The notes beneath the pieces are model-generated. The model saw only the letters and a list, made by a program, of their open reading frames with translations, was not told the origin of the DNA and did no database searches. Both the position numbers and the translations under genes were made by a program. A stretch of 64,000 nt of DNA. It comes from Thermoplasmata archaeon (GTDB taxonomy: Archaea; Thermoplasmatota; Thermoplasmata; Lutacidiplasmatales; UBA184). Below are positions 1 through 8,934 of the stretch, one piece after another. Position 1 is the first letter of the stretch; every line of letters begins with the position of its first letter. Location: positions 4 through 64,003 of the forward strand of contig DASYYY010000005.1 of assembly GCA_035933635.1 (NCBI GenBank). The letters run 5' to 3'.

Positions 1-243
1 CGTGGAGATGCTTCGGGCGTGCTGCAAAGCGAGCGGACGGGTCGGTGCCAGGACCAGGATCGAACGGGTGGGTTGCCGGAGCAGGTACTCGGCGATGACC
101 CGCAGCGCGATCGCGGTCTTCCCGAGACCCGTGGGAAGGACGACGAGGGTGTTCTCGGCGAGCGCCGCCGCGGCGATGCCGGCCTGGTAGGTCCGGTCCT
201 CGAGCGCGCCGGGACGGACCCGGGGATGTTCGACGGTCGCCAC
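1..243 (-). CDS. Partial CDS (N-terminus only; the rest lies upstream of the window) of a Hef/ERCC4-like superfamily-2 helicase
   Basis: The reverse complement translates to VATVEHPRVRPGALEDRTYQAGIAAAALAENTLVVLPTGLGKTAIALRVIAEYLLRQPTRSILVLAPTRPLALQH. This contains helicase motif I (PTGLGKT) and motif Ia (LAPTRPL), with an R-YQ motif just ahead of them, as in archaeal Hef. An in-frame TAA lies just upstream, and the first possible start is a GTG at 243. Confidence 0.55.
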   Translation of the reverse strand, partial: MATVEHPRVRPGALEDRTYQAGIAAAALAENTLVVLPTGLGKTAIALRVIAEYLLRQPTRSILVLAPTRPLALQHARSIST

Positions 244-301
244 GCGCGCCCCGACGACCGGAGGTCCGGGCGCTTATCTCGGCGAGCCCCTCGGCCGGGG
301 G

Positions 302-1447
302 ATGGTGCCCGTCGTCGTCCTGGCGGGCCTTCTGGTCTTCGCGGTGGTCGTCCTCCTCTACCAGGGGGCCGCGATCCTGTTCGCCGTCCAGATGCCCCGA
401 CTGGACCCCACCCCCGACCCGGCGGGCGCCCGGCGGCGACCGAGGCTCTCGGTCATCATTGCCGCGCGGGACGAGGTCGACGACCTGCCCGCCTGCCTCG
501 AGGCCCTCCGCGTCCAGGAGTACCCCGACCTCGAGGTGATCGTCGTGGACGGGGGATCGACCGATGGGACCCGGGAGGCGGTGCGGGACCGGTTCGGCTC
601 GGTCCGACTTCTCGAGGAACCCCCCCTTCCCGAGGGGTGGGTCGGGAAGAACTGGGCCTGCGACGTCGGGTACCGCGCCTCGTCCGGCGAGCTCCTCCTC
701 TTCCTCGACGCCGATGTCCGGCTCGCTCCCAGCGCGCTCCGCGTGCTCGTCGATTGGGCCGACGCACAGCGGTCCGACCTCACCTCGCTCGCGCCGCGCG
801 TCGAAACCGTGGGGTTCTGGGAGCGCGTCATCCTTCCGTTCTACACGCAAATGGTCCTGACCTACTTCCGGGCTCCTCGAGCGAACCGGGATACCTCCCG
901 CGCGGCGATCGCCAACGGCCAATGCTGGCTGACCACTCGGGCGAGCTACGAACGGGCCGGGGGGCACGCCGCGGTACGGGGCTACATCCTCGAGGACATC
1001 CGGATCGCCCAACGGTACCGTGCGGCGGGCCTGCGGATCCGTATCGCGTGGGCCCCCGAGCTGGCGGTCACCCGGATGTACCGTCACCGGGCCGAGATGT
1101 TCGAGGGGCTGCTCAAGAACGTCCACGGGACGGACTTCTCGGCGTCGCGACAGGTGGGATTCCTCGCGGCGCTGATTGGGCTCTTCTGGCTCCCGCTCGG
1201 GGTCCTGCCGTACGGGGTCGCCGCTTCCTCCCCGGTCCTGATCGCGGTGGGGGGGTTCCTCTACCTCGCGCTCTTCGCCAAGCACGCCGGCTTCGCCGGG
1301 GCGATAGGCACATCCTGGCCGTACGGGCTGCTCTTTCCGCTCGCCGTGGGCTTCTACGTCGTGCTCGTGACGACCTCGATCTCGCGGGGGCTCCGCGGCG
1401 AGAGGCTCACCTGGAAGGGACGCGCGTATTCCTCGCGACCCGGATGA
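302..1447 (+). CDS. Family 2 glycosyltransferase (DPM/GtrB-like) with a C-terminal multi-TM domain
   Basis: After an N-terminal TM helix comes LSVIIAARDE...EVIVVDGGSTDGT, which is the GT2 DxD region. The hydrophobic C-terminal third suggests membrane anchoring. The overlapping 19..1473 ORF is Arg/Pro-rich and was rejected. Confidence 0.75.
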   Translation: MVPVVVLAGLLVFAVVVLLYQGAAILFAVQMPRLDPTPDPAGARRRPRLSVIIAARDEVDDLPACLEALRVQEYPDLEVIVVDGGSTDGTREAVRDRFGSVRLLEEPPLPEGWVGKNWACDVGYRASSGELLLFLDADVRLAPSALRVLVDWADAQRSDLTSLAPRVETVGFWERVILPFYTQMVLTYFRAPRANRDTSRAAIANGQCWLTTRASYERAGGHAAVRGYILEDIRIAQRYRAAGLRIRIAWAPELAVTRMYRHRAEMFEGLLKNVHGTDFSASRQVGFLAALIGLFWLPLGVLPYGVAASSPVLIAVGGFLYLALFAKHAGFAGAIGTSWPYGLLFPLAVGFYVVLVTTSISRGLRGERLTWKGRAYSSRPG

Positions 1448-1502
1448 GGCCGGTAGAGCGACCGCTTATCTGAACGCCACCGTTCAACGCACCGGGTCGG
1501 TC

Positions 1503-2981
1503 ATGACGGCGGCGTCGCAACCCTCCTACGAGCTCTTCATCGGCGGGAAAGGTACCTCCGGGACCAGCGGCGCCCAGCGAACGCTCCTGAACCCGGCGAC
1601 CAACCGCCCGCTCGCCTCCACGGCGCTCGCCGATGCCGAGGACGCGCGCCACGCGATGGAGGTGGCGCAAACGGCGTTCGACAAGTCCGGTTGGGCAGGG
1701 GACGACGGCTCGAAGCGAGCGAAGGCGCTGTTCCGGCTCGCGTCCAAGCTCGAGGAGCAGGCCGACGCCTTCGCCGAGCTCGAATCGCTCAACCAGGGCA
1801 AGACCCTTCGCGAGGCCAAGGGCGACATCGGCTTCGTCGTGCGGACGCTCGAGTACATGGCCGGGCTGGCCGACAAGCTCCAGGGCGAGACGATCCCCGT
1901 CCCCGGGCCGCGGCTCGACTACACGCTGCGCGAGCCGATGGGCGTCACCGTCCACATCGCGCCGTGGAACTTCCCCCTCGTGCTGGCGATGCGATCGGTC
2001 GCTCCGGCCCTCGGGGCCGGCAATGCCGTGGTGCTCAAGCCCGCCACCCTCACCCCGCTGACGGCGCTGCGCGTGGCCCAGCTGTCGACGGCGGCGGGCG
2101 TACCGGACGGGATCTTCAACGTCGTCGTCGGCGATGGAGCCAAGGTCGGCGAGGCGCTGATCACGGACCCCCGGTGTCGCGCGGTCTCGTTCACCGGCAG
2201 CCGTGAGGTCGGTCAGCGAGTCGCGGAGCTCGCCGGGAAGCGGCGCGTGCCGATCACGCTCGAACTCGGCGGCAAGGGGCCGGTCCTCGTCTATCCCGAC
2301 GCGGACCTCGATCGGGCCGCGAAAGCGATCGGGTGGGGCATCTTCGGCAACGCCGGCCAGATGTGCTGGGCGGGTTCGCGCCTGCTCGTGCACGCCTCCG
2401 TCCACGACGAGGTGCTCTCCAAGGTCCGCTCGATCGCCGAGAAGCTCAAGGTCGGCCCGGGGGGCGATGCCGGGGTGGAGATGGGCCCACTGGTCTCGGC
2501 CGAACAGCGCAGCCGGGTCCTCCAGTTCATCGAGGAGGCGCGCGCGACCGGTACGAAGGTGGCGGCCGGCGGGACACCTTACGCGAGCGGCCCGCTCTCG
2601 GAGGGTTACTTCGTCCCCCCCACCGTCCTCGATGCCCCGCCACCCGATGCCCGCGTCGTCCGCGAGGAGGTCTTCGGTCCGGTCCTTTCCGTCCAGAGCT
2701 TCACCTCGATGGACGAATCGATCCGGCTCGCCAATGACACCGAGTACGGTCTGCTCGCCTCGATCTGGACCAAGGACCTGGCCACGGCCCACTCCGTGGC
2801 GCGGCAGCTGGAGACCGGGATGGTCACGGTCAACGATCCGCCGAGCACCTACCCGCAATCGCCCTTCGCCGGGTACAAGGACAGTGGCCTCGGCTTCGAG
2901 CAGGGGATGCAGGCGGTGGAGTTCTTCACCCGCCGCAAAAACGTCCTACTGAACCTGGCCGTGCCCAAGCCCAGGGCCTGA
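1503..2981 (+). CDS. NAD(P)-dependent aldehyde dehydrogenase
   Basis: It has the ALDH signature ELGGKGP, the catalytic Cys region GQMCWAGSRLLVH, and the Rossmann GxGxxG-like motif FTGSREVG. At 492 aa it is a typical ALDH length. Confidence 0.9.
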   Translation: MTAASQPSYELFIGGKGTSGTSGAQRTLLNPATNRPLASTALADAEDARHAMEVAQTAFDKSGWAGDDGSKRAKALFRLASKLEEQADAFAELESLNQGKTLREAKGDIGFVVRTLEYMAGLADKLQGETIPVPGPRLDYTLREPMGVTVHIAPWNFPLVLAMRSVAPALGAGNAVVLKPATLTPLTALRVAQLSTAAGVPDGIFNVVVGDGAKVGEALITDPRCRAVSFTGSREVGQRVAELAGKRRVPITLELGGKGPVLVYPDADLDRAAKAIGWGIFGNAGQMCWAGSRLLVHASVHDEVLSKVRSIAEKLKVGPGGDAGVEMGPLVSAEQRSRVLQFIEEARATGTKVAAGGTPYASGPLSEGYFVPPTVLDAPPPDARVVREEVFGPVLSVQSFTSMDESIRLANDTEYGLLASIWTKDLATAHSVARQLETGMVTVNDPPSTYPQSPFAGYKDSGLGFEQGMQAVEFFTRRKNVLLNLAVPKPRA

Positions 2982-3039
2982 GCCGAACCGGTTCGTACGA
3001 AGGGCGCTTGACCCCCTCCCCGGGTGAACTCCGGGAGCG

Positions 3040-3645
3040 ATGCCCGAGACGGCGGCGGGGAGGTGGGGGACTTGCACGACCTGCGGGGACGCCATGCCCC
3101 CCGGCGGGCGGGTGTGCCCGACCTGCGGCAAGATCTACACCACCGCCCCGGCCGACACCCCCCCCACCGCGAAGGGCCAGCGCAAGCTCCGGCTGCTCGG
3201 CGGGATCCGTGCGCTCGTCATCGTCGGGGTCGCGATCGGTCTCTCGGGGGTGATGGCGCTGGCGTTCTTCCAGGGGCCGCCCATCGCCGCCGACCCGTTG
3301 ACCGGGACGTGGGTGCTGAACCTCTCGCCGGGCGGCTACCAAAGCTTCGACGGCGCGGTGACGGGCGGGGATTTCATCACCGGCAACTTCACGGTCGTAA
3401 CTCCCCCGGGCGCGGTCGTGCTCCTTCAGGTGTTCAATGCGACCGAATTCGGGCAGTTCCAACAGGGGCGTACGGCCCAACCGGTCCAGAGCACCGCCAA
3501 CCAGACGTCGAGCTTGCTCGACTTCTCGGCGCTGGTGACGGACACCTACTACTTCGTGTTCGAGGACCAGTACTCTGCGGCGAGCCACATCGGGGTCACG
3601 GTGTACGTCTCGACCCAGTACGAGTCGAACGTCGTGGTCGAGTAG
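3040..3645 (+). CDS. Zinc-ribbon membrane protein with an extracytoplasmic domain (hypothetical)
   Basis: The N-terminus carries CTTCG...CPTCG, which is a CxxC-x-CxxC zinc ribbon. One TM helix follows (LVIVGVAIGLSGVMALAFF). The remaining roughly 130 aa domain contains NxS/T sequons. Confidence 0.55.
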   Translation: MPETAAGRWGTCTTCGDAMPPGGRVCPTCGKIYTTAPADTPPTAKGQRKLRLLGGIRALVIVGVAIGLSGVMALAFFQGPPIAADPLTGTWVLNLSPGGYQSFDGAVTGGDFITGNFTVVTPPGAVVLLQVFNATEFGQFQQGRTAQPVQSTANQTSSLLDFSALVTDTYYFVFEDQYSAASHIGVTVYVSTQYESNVVVE

Positions 3646-3779
3646 ACCGAGGCTCGCCCCGCGCGCCCGGTGGTCGACGCCGGTACGCCGCTAATCTCCC
3701 GGGAGGCTTATGAGCCGCGAACCGCGCTTGCCTCGCTTGGGGGACCGCCCGGTTTCCGGAGCGGTCGGGGGGTAAGTCG

Positions 3780-4769
3780 ATGAACGTCCAGCGGGGTTCC
3801 GCGCGGGGTCGAAGGGCGCATGCGGGTGGCGGAGCTGCGTGGGGATGGACGATCGCGGTCGCAACCATCGCCGTGCTCAACATCCTTCCGGGGCTCGGCA
3901 CGGGCACGGTGGTTCCCACTCCCTACCGGGGGGCGGTCGCGGTACATTTCCTCCCCGCGGCGCAGGGGTGCGGACACCTCCGGGCGGTGTCCCCGGGCTT
4001 CTCCCTCGCCCACGGCACCGGTTCGGTCGGCAGCGGCACGACGCGGGCATGGGCGTGTCCGACGTTCGCCGGCATCGCCGGATCCGGCTCCGCCTCAGTC
4101 ACCTCCTCGTTGGTCGTCGCCGTCCACCTTTCGATCGCACCGGGGGTACGGAACCTGACGGTGACGGTCGTGCACCACGTCGCCATGGCCGGCTCCTTCG
4201 TGGTCTCGGGAGGATGCCCGACCCATTCCGTCAACACGAGCACCTCACAATTCTTCAACGGAGGAGAGTACTGGCAGAACAGGACGGGGTTCTTTGGCGG
4301 GTGCACCGTCGCCGCTCAGTCCGCCATGCGGGTCTACCTCCTCCTCATCGATGCAACGAACGGCACGACGGTGTACATCCCCCCCAGCTCCGCCGTGGGC
4401 TGCTCACTGAGCAATCTGGTGTACTGCGAAGGCGGAATCCAGAAGGTGGCCTTCCGGGTCCAGCAGATCGACTACGGGTTCGAACGCGATACCGTTCACA
4501 ACGCCTCCGGCTGGCACTATCGGAACTACACCTACAGCTCGAACGGGACCACCTCGGCCGGCCCGGGCTGGAACGTTACGCATCTCGACCGCGACGTGGT
4601 GACCTGGCACTACTCCTTCGTCCGCGGCCATGTCTACGCTCTGCTCGCCGACTTCGCCGGATTCGCCGAGTCGGAGTTCGTGGGTTTCCCGAACGGTCAC
4701 GTTTCGGCGTCCTTCAGCGGCGGCCCCCCCAGTACGGGGGTGTCCATACCCACGATCACCGTCACCTGA
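3780..4769 (+). CDS. Secreted/surface protein rich in N-glycosylation sequons (paralog A)
   Basis: An N-terminal hydrophobic segment (WGWTIAVATIAVLNILPG) is followed by many NxT/S motifs and conserved Cys. The protein is clearly homologous to the downstream ORF, with shared blocks such as SPGFSLAHGTG vs APGFRLANGTG and FVRGHVYAL vs FVRSHVYAL. Confidence 0.55.
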   Translation: MNVQRGSARGRRAHAGGGAAWGWTIAVATIAVLNILPGLGTGTVVPTPYRGAVAVHFLPAAQGCGHLRAVSPGFSLAHGTGSVGSGTTRAWACPTFAGIAGSGSASVTSSLVVAVHLSIAPGVRNLTVTVVHHVAMAGSFVVSGGCPTHSVNTSTSQFFNGGEYWQNRTGFFGGCTVAAQSAMRVYLLLIDATNGTTVYIPPSSAVGCSLSNLVYCEGGIQKVAFRVQQIDYGFERDTVHNASGWHYRNYTYSSNGTTSAGPGWNVTHLDRDVVTWHYSFVRGHVYALLADFAGFAESEFVGFPNGHVSASFSGGPPSTGVSIPTITVT

Positions 4770-4962
4770 GTCGGGACCGCCTCCCGCCCCTCGGTCCGCC
4801 CGACGACCGGGAGTGCGGTGGCGGGCGGTCCGCGGTCCCGGCCGCCGGCGCGGTTCGGGCGCCATCCGTTCGGTTCCACGAGGTATATGCGCCTCCGGAG
4901 TCTCGTGCGGCCGTTCAAGCCTGTCGCCGGGGGGGAGGCGGCCGGCCGAACCCGAACCGGCC

Positions 4963-5946
4963 ATGGTAACCCACTCCCTCCGGCGAAGAGTCGTACGCCC
5001 GAACGGACGCCGCGCCACCCTTTGCGGGGTGGCGGGTGCGATACTCACGGTCGTCGCCCTGACCGCTCCCACGGGGCTCGCCTCCGCCGCGACCGTACCG
5101 CCTCCGTTCCACGGCGCGGTCTCGACCGCCTCCTCCCCGCTCTCGAACGGATGCGCCACGATCCGCGCCACCGCTCCGGGCTTCCGTCTGGCGAACGGCA
5201 CCGGCACCTTGGGCCTCTCGAGCGCCCGAGCCCGGGCCTGCCATTCGTTCGGGGGCGTGGGCGGCTCCTCGGGCGCGTCGTCGGAGCCGGAGGTGGACGT
5301 CGCGATCCGGCTCACCCTCCCCACGGGCCTCCACCACGTGACCGCGACCGTCTCGGAGGACTTCCTCGTGGCCGCCTCGTTCACGCCCCTCAACGGCTGC
5401 CCGTTCCACCCGACCCGGACGAACTCCCACTCCAGCTCCTTCGGGAGCCAGTACTGGTACAACACCAGCGGCTTCTTCGGCACCTGCCAGGCCTCCGCCG
5501 TGACGGACGTCTCGACCCAGGCGTTCCTGGTCGACGAGACGAACGGCACGCAGTTCAACCTCCCGGGTCTGCGGTTCTGCACCACGGCCCAGACCGGGCT
5601 ATGCAATTTCGACCAGCGGAACGCCTCGCAGGATTACCGCCAGATCGACTGGTACGTGGCCGACCTCACGGTCCTCAATGCCTCCGGCCGGAACTCCACC
5701 AACACCACCCATTCGTTCAACGTGACGAACCCGCAGCCGACCGGCTGGAGCATCCCTGCGTTGGAGCGCCAGAACCTATCGTTCCGCGCCGACTTCGTCC
5801 GCTCCCACGTCTACGCCCTCGAACTCAGGTTCTTCGCCCTCGACATCGCCCTGTTCAACGGCTGGGTATCGGGCAACGTCCGCTCCAGTTACGACCTGGC
5901 CACCTCGGGACGGGGAATCGCGGTCTCCGCCATCTCGATCAGATGA
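4963..5946 (+). CDS. Secreted/surface protein rich in N-glycosylation sequons (paralog B)
   Basis: The start was chosen at MVTHSLRRR, ahead of the signal-like segment LCGVAGAILTVVALTAPTGLASA. It carries 12 or more NxS/T sequons and aligns with paralog A along its whole length. Confidence 0.55.
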   Translation: MVTHSLRRRVVRPNGRRATLCGVAGAILTVVALTAPTGLASAATVPPPFHGAVSTASSPLSNGCATIRATAPGFRLANGTGTLGLSSARARACHSFGGVGGSSGASSEPEVDVAIRLTLPTGLHHVTATVSEDFLVAASFTPLNGCPFHPTRTNSHSSSFGSQYWYNTSGFFGTCQASAVTDVSTQAFLVDETNGTQFNLPGLRFCTTAQTGLCNFDQRNASQDYRQIDWYVADLTVLNASGRNSTNTTHSFNVTNPQPTGWSIPALERQNLSFRADFVRSHVYALELRFFALDIALFNGWVSGNVRSSYDLATSGRGIAVSAISIR

Positions 5947-6033
5947 GGAGGCGAGACCGCCCGTTGCGGCGATCGGAAGCCATGGCGGGGGCCGCGAACT
6001 GCCAGAGGACGTCGAAGAAGGGCTCGGGCGCCG

Positions 6034-6684
6034 CTAGGATGCCGGGGGGGTCTCACCGAGGCGCCGCAGGAACGTTGCGGGCACTTGGTCGGCCAGGAAC
6101 ACCGTCTTGCCGGCCTGCATGATCACGATCCCGTCGTGGCGGGCGGCCTTCGCGTCGATCGAGAGGATCACCGGTTCGGGGGTCCGGACCGAGCCGGCGG
6201 CGCGCGCGTCTTCGGAGGTGCGCGAAAGGTGCACCTTGCGCCGGTCGGTGGGCTTGAGCCCGACCTCGAGGACGATCGCCGCCTCGTCGGGGGTGACCGG
6301 GAAATACAATTCGTCCGGAATGTTCTCGGTGGGCAGGTCGAGGCGCACATCGACGGTGTGACCGTAGGTCGCCCGGATCCGGTCGTCCTTGACCTCGTAG
6401 CGCCCCTTGGGGTCGCTCTCGGCGATCGCCACGATGTGGTGGGCGCGGAGCCAGTGGTAACCGCGGTGCTGGCCGGAGATGGACTTGACGAGCATCGGGA
6501 TGGAGATCCAGCCGTTCTCGTCGATGGAGAGGCCATACTTCTCGGGGAAGTGGCGGAGCACACCGGTCATCACCCGGCCCAGGTGGTCGAGCTCCCGGTC
6601 GTTCATCAGGAACCGACCGGGCTGCGCGCAGACCGGGCAGGTCTCCTGCCGGAAGTAGCCGTGCTGCGGGCACTCCTTCAGCAT
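6034..6684 (-). CDS. kptA: RNA 2'-phosphotransferase (Tpt1/KptA family) with an N-terminal Cys-rich zinc-ribbon-like segment
   Basis: It matches KptA blocks: VLRHFPEKYGLSIDENGWISI (compare E. coli [22 protein letters not shown]), IRATYGHT, and KVHLS...PEPVILSIDA. Confidence 0.7.
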   Translation of the reverse strand: MLKECPQHGYFRQETCPVCAQPGRFLMNDRELDHLGRVMTGVLRHFPEKYGLSIDENGWISIPMLVKSISGQHRGYHWLRAHHIVAIAESDPKGRYEVKDDRIRATYGHTVDVRLDLPTENIPDELYFPVTPDEAAIVLEVGLKPTDRRKVHLSRTSEDARAAGSVRTPEPVILSIDAKAARHDGIVIMQAGKTVFLADQVPATFLRRLGETPPAS

Positions 6685-6701
6685 CGCGCGGTGGGCTGCC
6701 T

Positions 6702-6989
6702 CTACGCCTTGACCTTGTCGGCCTTCTTGTCGAAGTCCGCGAGCGCATCTCCGTAGAGGTCCGACAGGTCCTTGAGGACCCGCTTGAGGACCTGCTGCGG
6801 CTTCTCGCCCTTGGTCTTGAGGTAAAGCGCCGGACGTTCAAGGAAGGCATGGCCGAGGAAGTAGCGGGCCTCGACGACCTTCTCCTCCTGCTGGAGTAGC
6901 TCGACGAGCGGGATGAGGAGCGTCTCCTCCCCCTTGGGAAGCTCGACACGCAGCGTGTCGGACTCCTTTTCCACAACGTGGATGTCCAC
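6702..6989 (-). CDS. rpoL: DNA-directed RNA polymerase subunit L (Rpo11/RpoL)
   Basis: The 95-aa product (VDIHVVEKESDTLRVELPKGEETLLIPLVELL...ARYFLGHAFLERPALYLKTKGE...) fits the Rpb11/RpoL pattern. A GTG start is inferred at 6989. The upstream in-frame extension to 7505 has no start-proximal signal and was rejected. Confidence 0.65.
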   Translation of the reverse strand: MDIHVVEKESDTLRVELPKGEETLLIPLVELLQQEEKVVEARYFLGHAFLERPALYLKTKGEKPQQVLKRVLKDLSDLYGDALADFDKKADKVKA

Positions 6990-7163
6990 GGGGTCCCCCT
7001 CGACGGACCACCGGGGTTCACTTCTTAAGGGTGGCGGCGCGGGGGGGTGCGCGCGCGGCGCTCCGGGTGCCGGGACGGCCGAGCGACCCCAACTCCGGCC
7101 GAGAGAGGCCTCGGGACCCCCGGCGATATAAGTGCCCCATCGTCCGAGGACCGGCGAGCGGTC

Positions 7164-8576
7164 ATGCGCAGTCTGGTCGTGGGAGGAGGCGCCCGGGAGC
7201 ACGCCATCGCGCGCACCCTCGCCCGCGACGGCTCCGAGGTCCACGTCCTCGCCGCGCACGACAACCCCGGCCTGCGTGCCGTGGCCCACCGGTTCGATGT
7301 CGCCGACCACGAGGACCCGGCCCTGGTGGCGTCGGTGGCCCGACGCCGCAAGATCGAACTCGCGGTGATCGGGCCGGAAGGCCCGCTCGCCAAGGGCGTC
7401 GCCGACGCGCTTCGGGGGGCCAACGTCCCGGTCGTCGGTCCCTCCCGGGACGCCGCCCGGATCGAGACGTCGAAGCGATTCTGCCGGGAGCTCCTGGCAC
7501 GTCACGGGATCGACGCGTCTCCCCGGTTCGAGTTCGTCGAGTCACCCGACGCGGTCGCGGCGGCCGTGGGCCGGCTCGGTGGACCGCTCGTCATCAAACC
7601 GGTCGGCCTGACGGCGGGCAAGGGCGTGCTGGTCCAGGGTTCGGACTTTGCAACCCCCGAGGAAGGCACGCGGCTCGCCTCCCGGATGCTGGCCTCCGAC
7701 TCGGGGCGGTCCGGGCTGCTGCTCGAGGAACGTCTGGAAGGGGAGGAGTTCAGCCTCATGGCCCTCGTCACGGATTCCGGCGTCTACCCGATGCCCGCCG
7801 TCCAGGACTACAAGCGGGCGCTCGAGGGAGGGGGCGGAGGGAACACCGGCGGCATGGGTTCCTACTCCCAACGTGATCACCTCCTTCCGTTCCTCGCGCG
7901 CGAGCACCGCGACGCGGCGCTCGATGTGATCCGCGGTACGGCGTCGGCGCTGCGGGCGGAGGGCCTCGCGTTCCGGGGGGTCCTCTACGGCGGTTTCATG
8001 CTCACCACCAAGGGACCGAAGCTGCTCGAGTTCAACGCACGCTTCGGTGACCCCGAGGCGATGAACGCGCTCGTTCTCTACGAGCCGGGCAACTTTGAGG
8101 AGCTGATGTACGGCGTGGCGACCGGCACGGTCGACCCGAACCTGGTGCGGTACCGACCCCGCGCGACGGTGGTCAAGTACGTCGTCCCGATCGGGTACGG
8201 CGGCGCGCCCCAGGTCGGAGCGGTCGTCGACTACGACGGCCCCGCCATCGAGGACGCCGGCGTCCACCTGTTCTTCGCCTCCGTCGACGCGGCCGGAGCC
8301 GGCAAGGTCCGGATGCTCAGCTCCCGGGGGTTCGCCCTGGTCGGCGAGGCGAGCGCGGTCTGGGAGGCGAGCGCCCGCGTCGACGCGGCCCTCGAGTTCG
8401 TCAAGGGAAGCTACTACGTACGTCGTGACATCGGCACGAGGGAGGATGTCACCCGGCGCACCGAGCACATGCGTGAGCTCTTCGCCCCCGGCGCCAAGCC
8501 CTCGCCGCTTCCGCTGAGCGTGGCCGCGCCCACGGCTCGGCCCTCGAGCGCCGGGACCGCCGACCAAGTGATCTAG
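7164..8576 (+). CDS. purD: Phosphoribosylamine--glycine ligase (GAR synthetase)
   Basis: The N-terminus MRSLVVGGGAREHAIA and an ATP-grasp core are conserved through FNARFGDPE. There is a roughly 45-aa C-terminal extension. Confidence 0.9.
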   Translation: MRSLVVGGGAREHAIARTLARDGSEVHVLAAHDNPGLRAVAHRFDVADHEDPALVASVARRRKIELAVIGPEGPLAKGVADALRGANVPVVGPSRDAARIETSKRFCRELLARHGIDASPRFEFVESPDAVAAAVGRLGGPLVIKPVGLTAGKGVLVQGSDFATPEEGTRLASRMLASDSGRSGLLLEERLEGEEFSLMALVTDSGVYPMPAVQDYKRALEGGGGGNTGGMGSYSQRDHLLPFLAREHRDAALDVIRGTASALRAEGLAFRGVLYGGFMLTTKGPKLLEFNARFGDPEAMNALVLYEPGNFEELMYGVATGTVDPNLVRYRPRATVVKYVVPIGYGGAPQVGAVVDYDGPAIEDAGVHLFFASVDAAGAGKVRMLSSRGFALVGEASAVWEASARVDAALEFVKGSYYVRRDIGTREDVTRRTEHMRELFAPGAKPSPLPLSVAAPTARPSSAGTADQVI

Positions 8577-8616
8577 ACCCGCCCGGCTCGCCGTTATCTA
8601 CCGCCGCCCGGTTCTT

Positions 8617-8934
8617 TTGCCGATGTTCTGTCCAAAATGCAAGCGCCTGATGCGCCCGGACCACACGGCCAAGGCCTGGGTCTGCGGCAACTGCGGGACC
8701 AAGGTCAAGATGGGCCAGGGCCAGGAGGTCGGCAAGTCCGCCCCGACCGGCCGTTCGATGGCCGTCCTCGAGGAGAAGCAGGCCTCCACGCTCCCGACCG
8801 CCGACGAGGAGTGCCCGAAGTGCGGCAACACCAAGGCCTACTGGGTGCTCCGCCAGACGCGGGGGGCCGACGAGCCCGAGACCCGGATCTTCGAGTGCAC
8901 CAAGTGCGGCCACAAGTGGCGGGAATACCAGTAG
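8617..8934 (+). CDS. tfs: Transcription factor S (TFS) / RNA polymerase subunit M-like protein
   Basis: The N-terminal zinc ribbon is CPKC...CGNCG. The C-terminal TFIIS-type ribbon is CPKCGN...RGADEPETRIFECTKCGHKW, which includes the acidic DE hairpin. The protein is 105 aa. Confidence 0.85.
   Translation: MPMFCPKCKRLMRPDHTAKAWVCGNCGTKVKMGQGQEVGKSAPTGRSMAVLEEKQASTLPTADEECPKCGNTKAYWVLRQTRGADEPETRIFECTKCGHKWREYQ

Noticed and set aside
19-1473. A 484-aa plus-strand ORF overlapping the GT2 gene, and many similar long ORFs such as 1407..2858 (-), 13434..15170 (-), 25243..26523 (-), 25460..26788 (+), 49341..51506 (+) and 62462..63760 (+).
   Set aside because: Their translations are dominated by Arg/Pro/Gly/Ala runs typical of off-frame or antisense reading of GC-rich coding DNA. 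Each overlaps a gene with clear family motifs in another frame, and none carries a recognisable domain.
6702-7505. A 267-aa ORF containing RpoL.
   Set aside because: Only the C-terminal 95 aa resemble RpoL. The N-terminal part is Arg/Gly/Pro-rich and has no ATG near the conserved start, so a GTG start at 6989 is more plausible.
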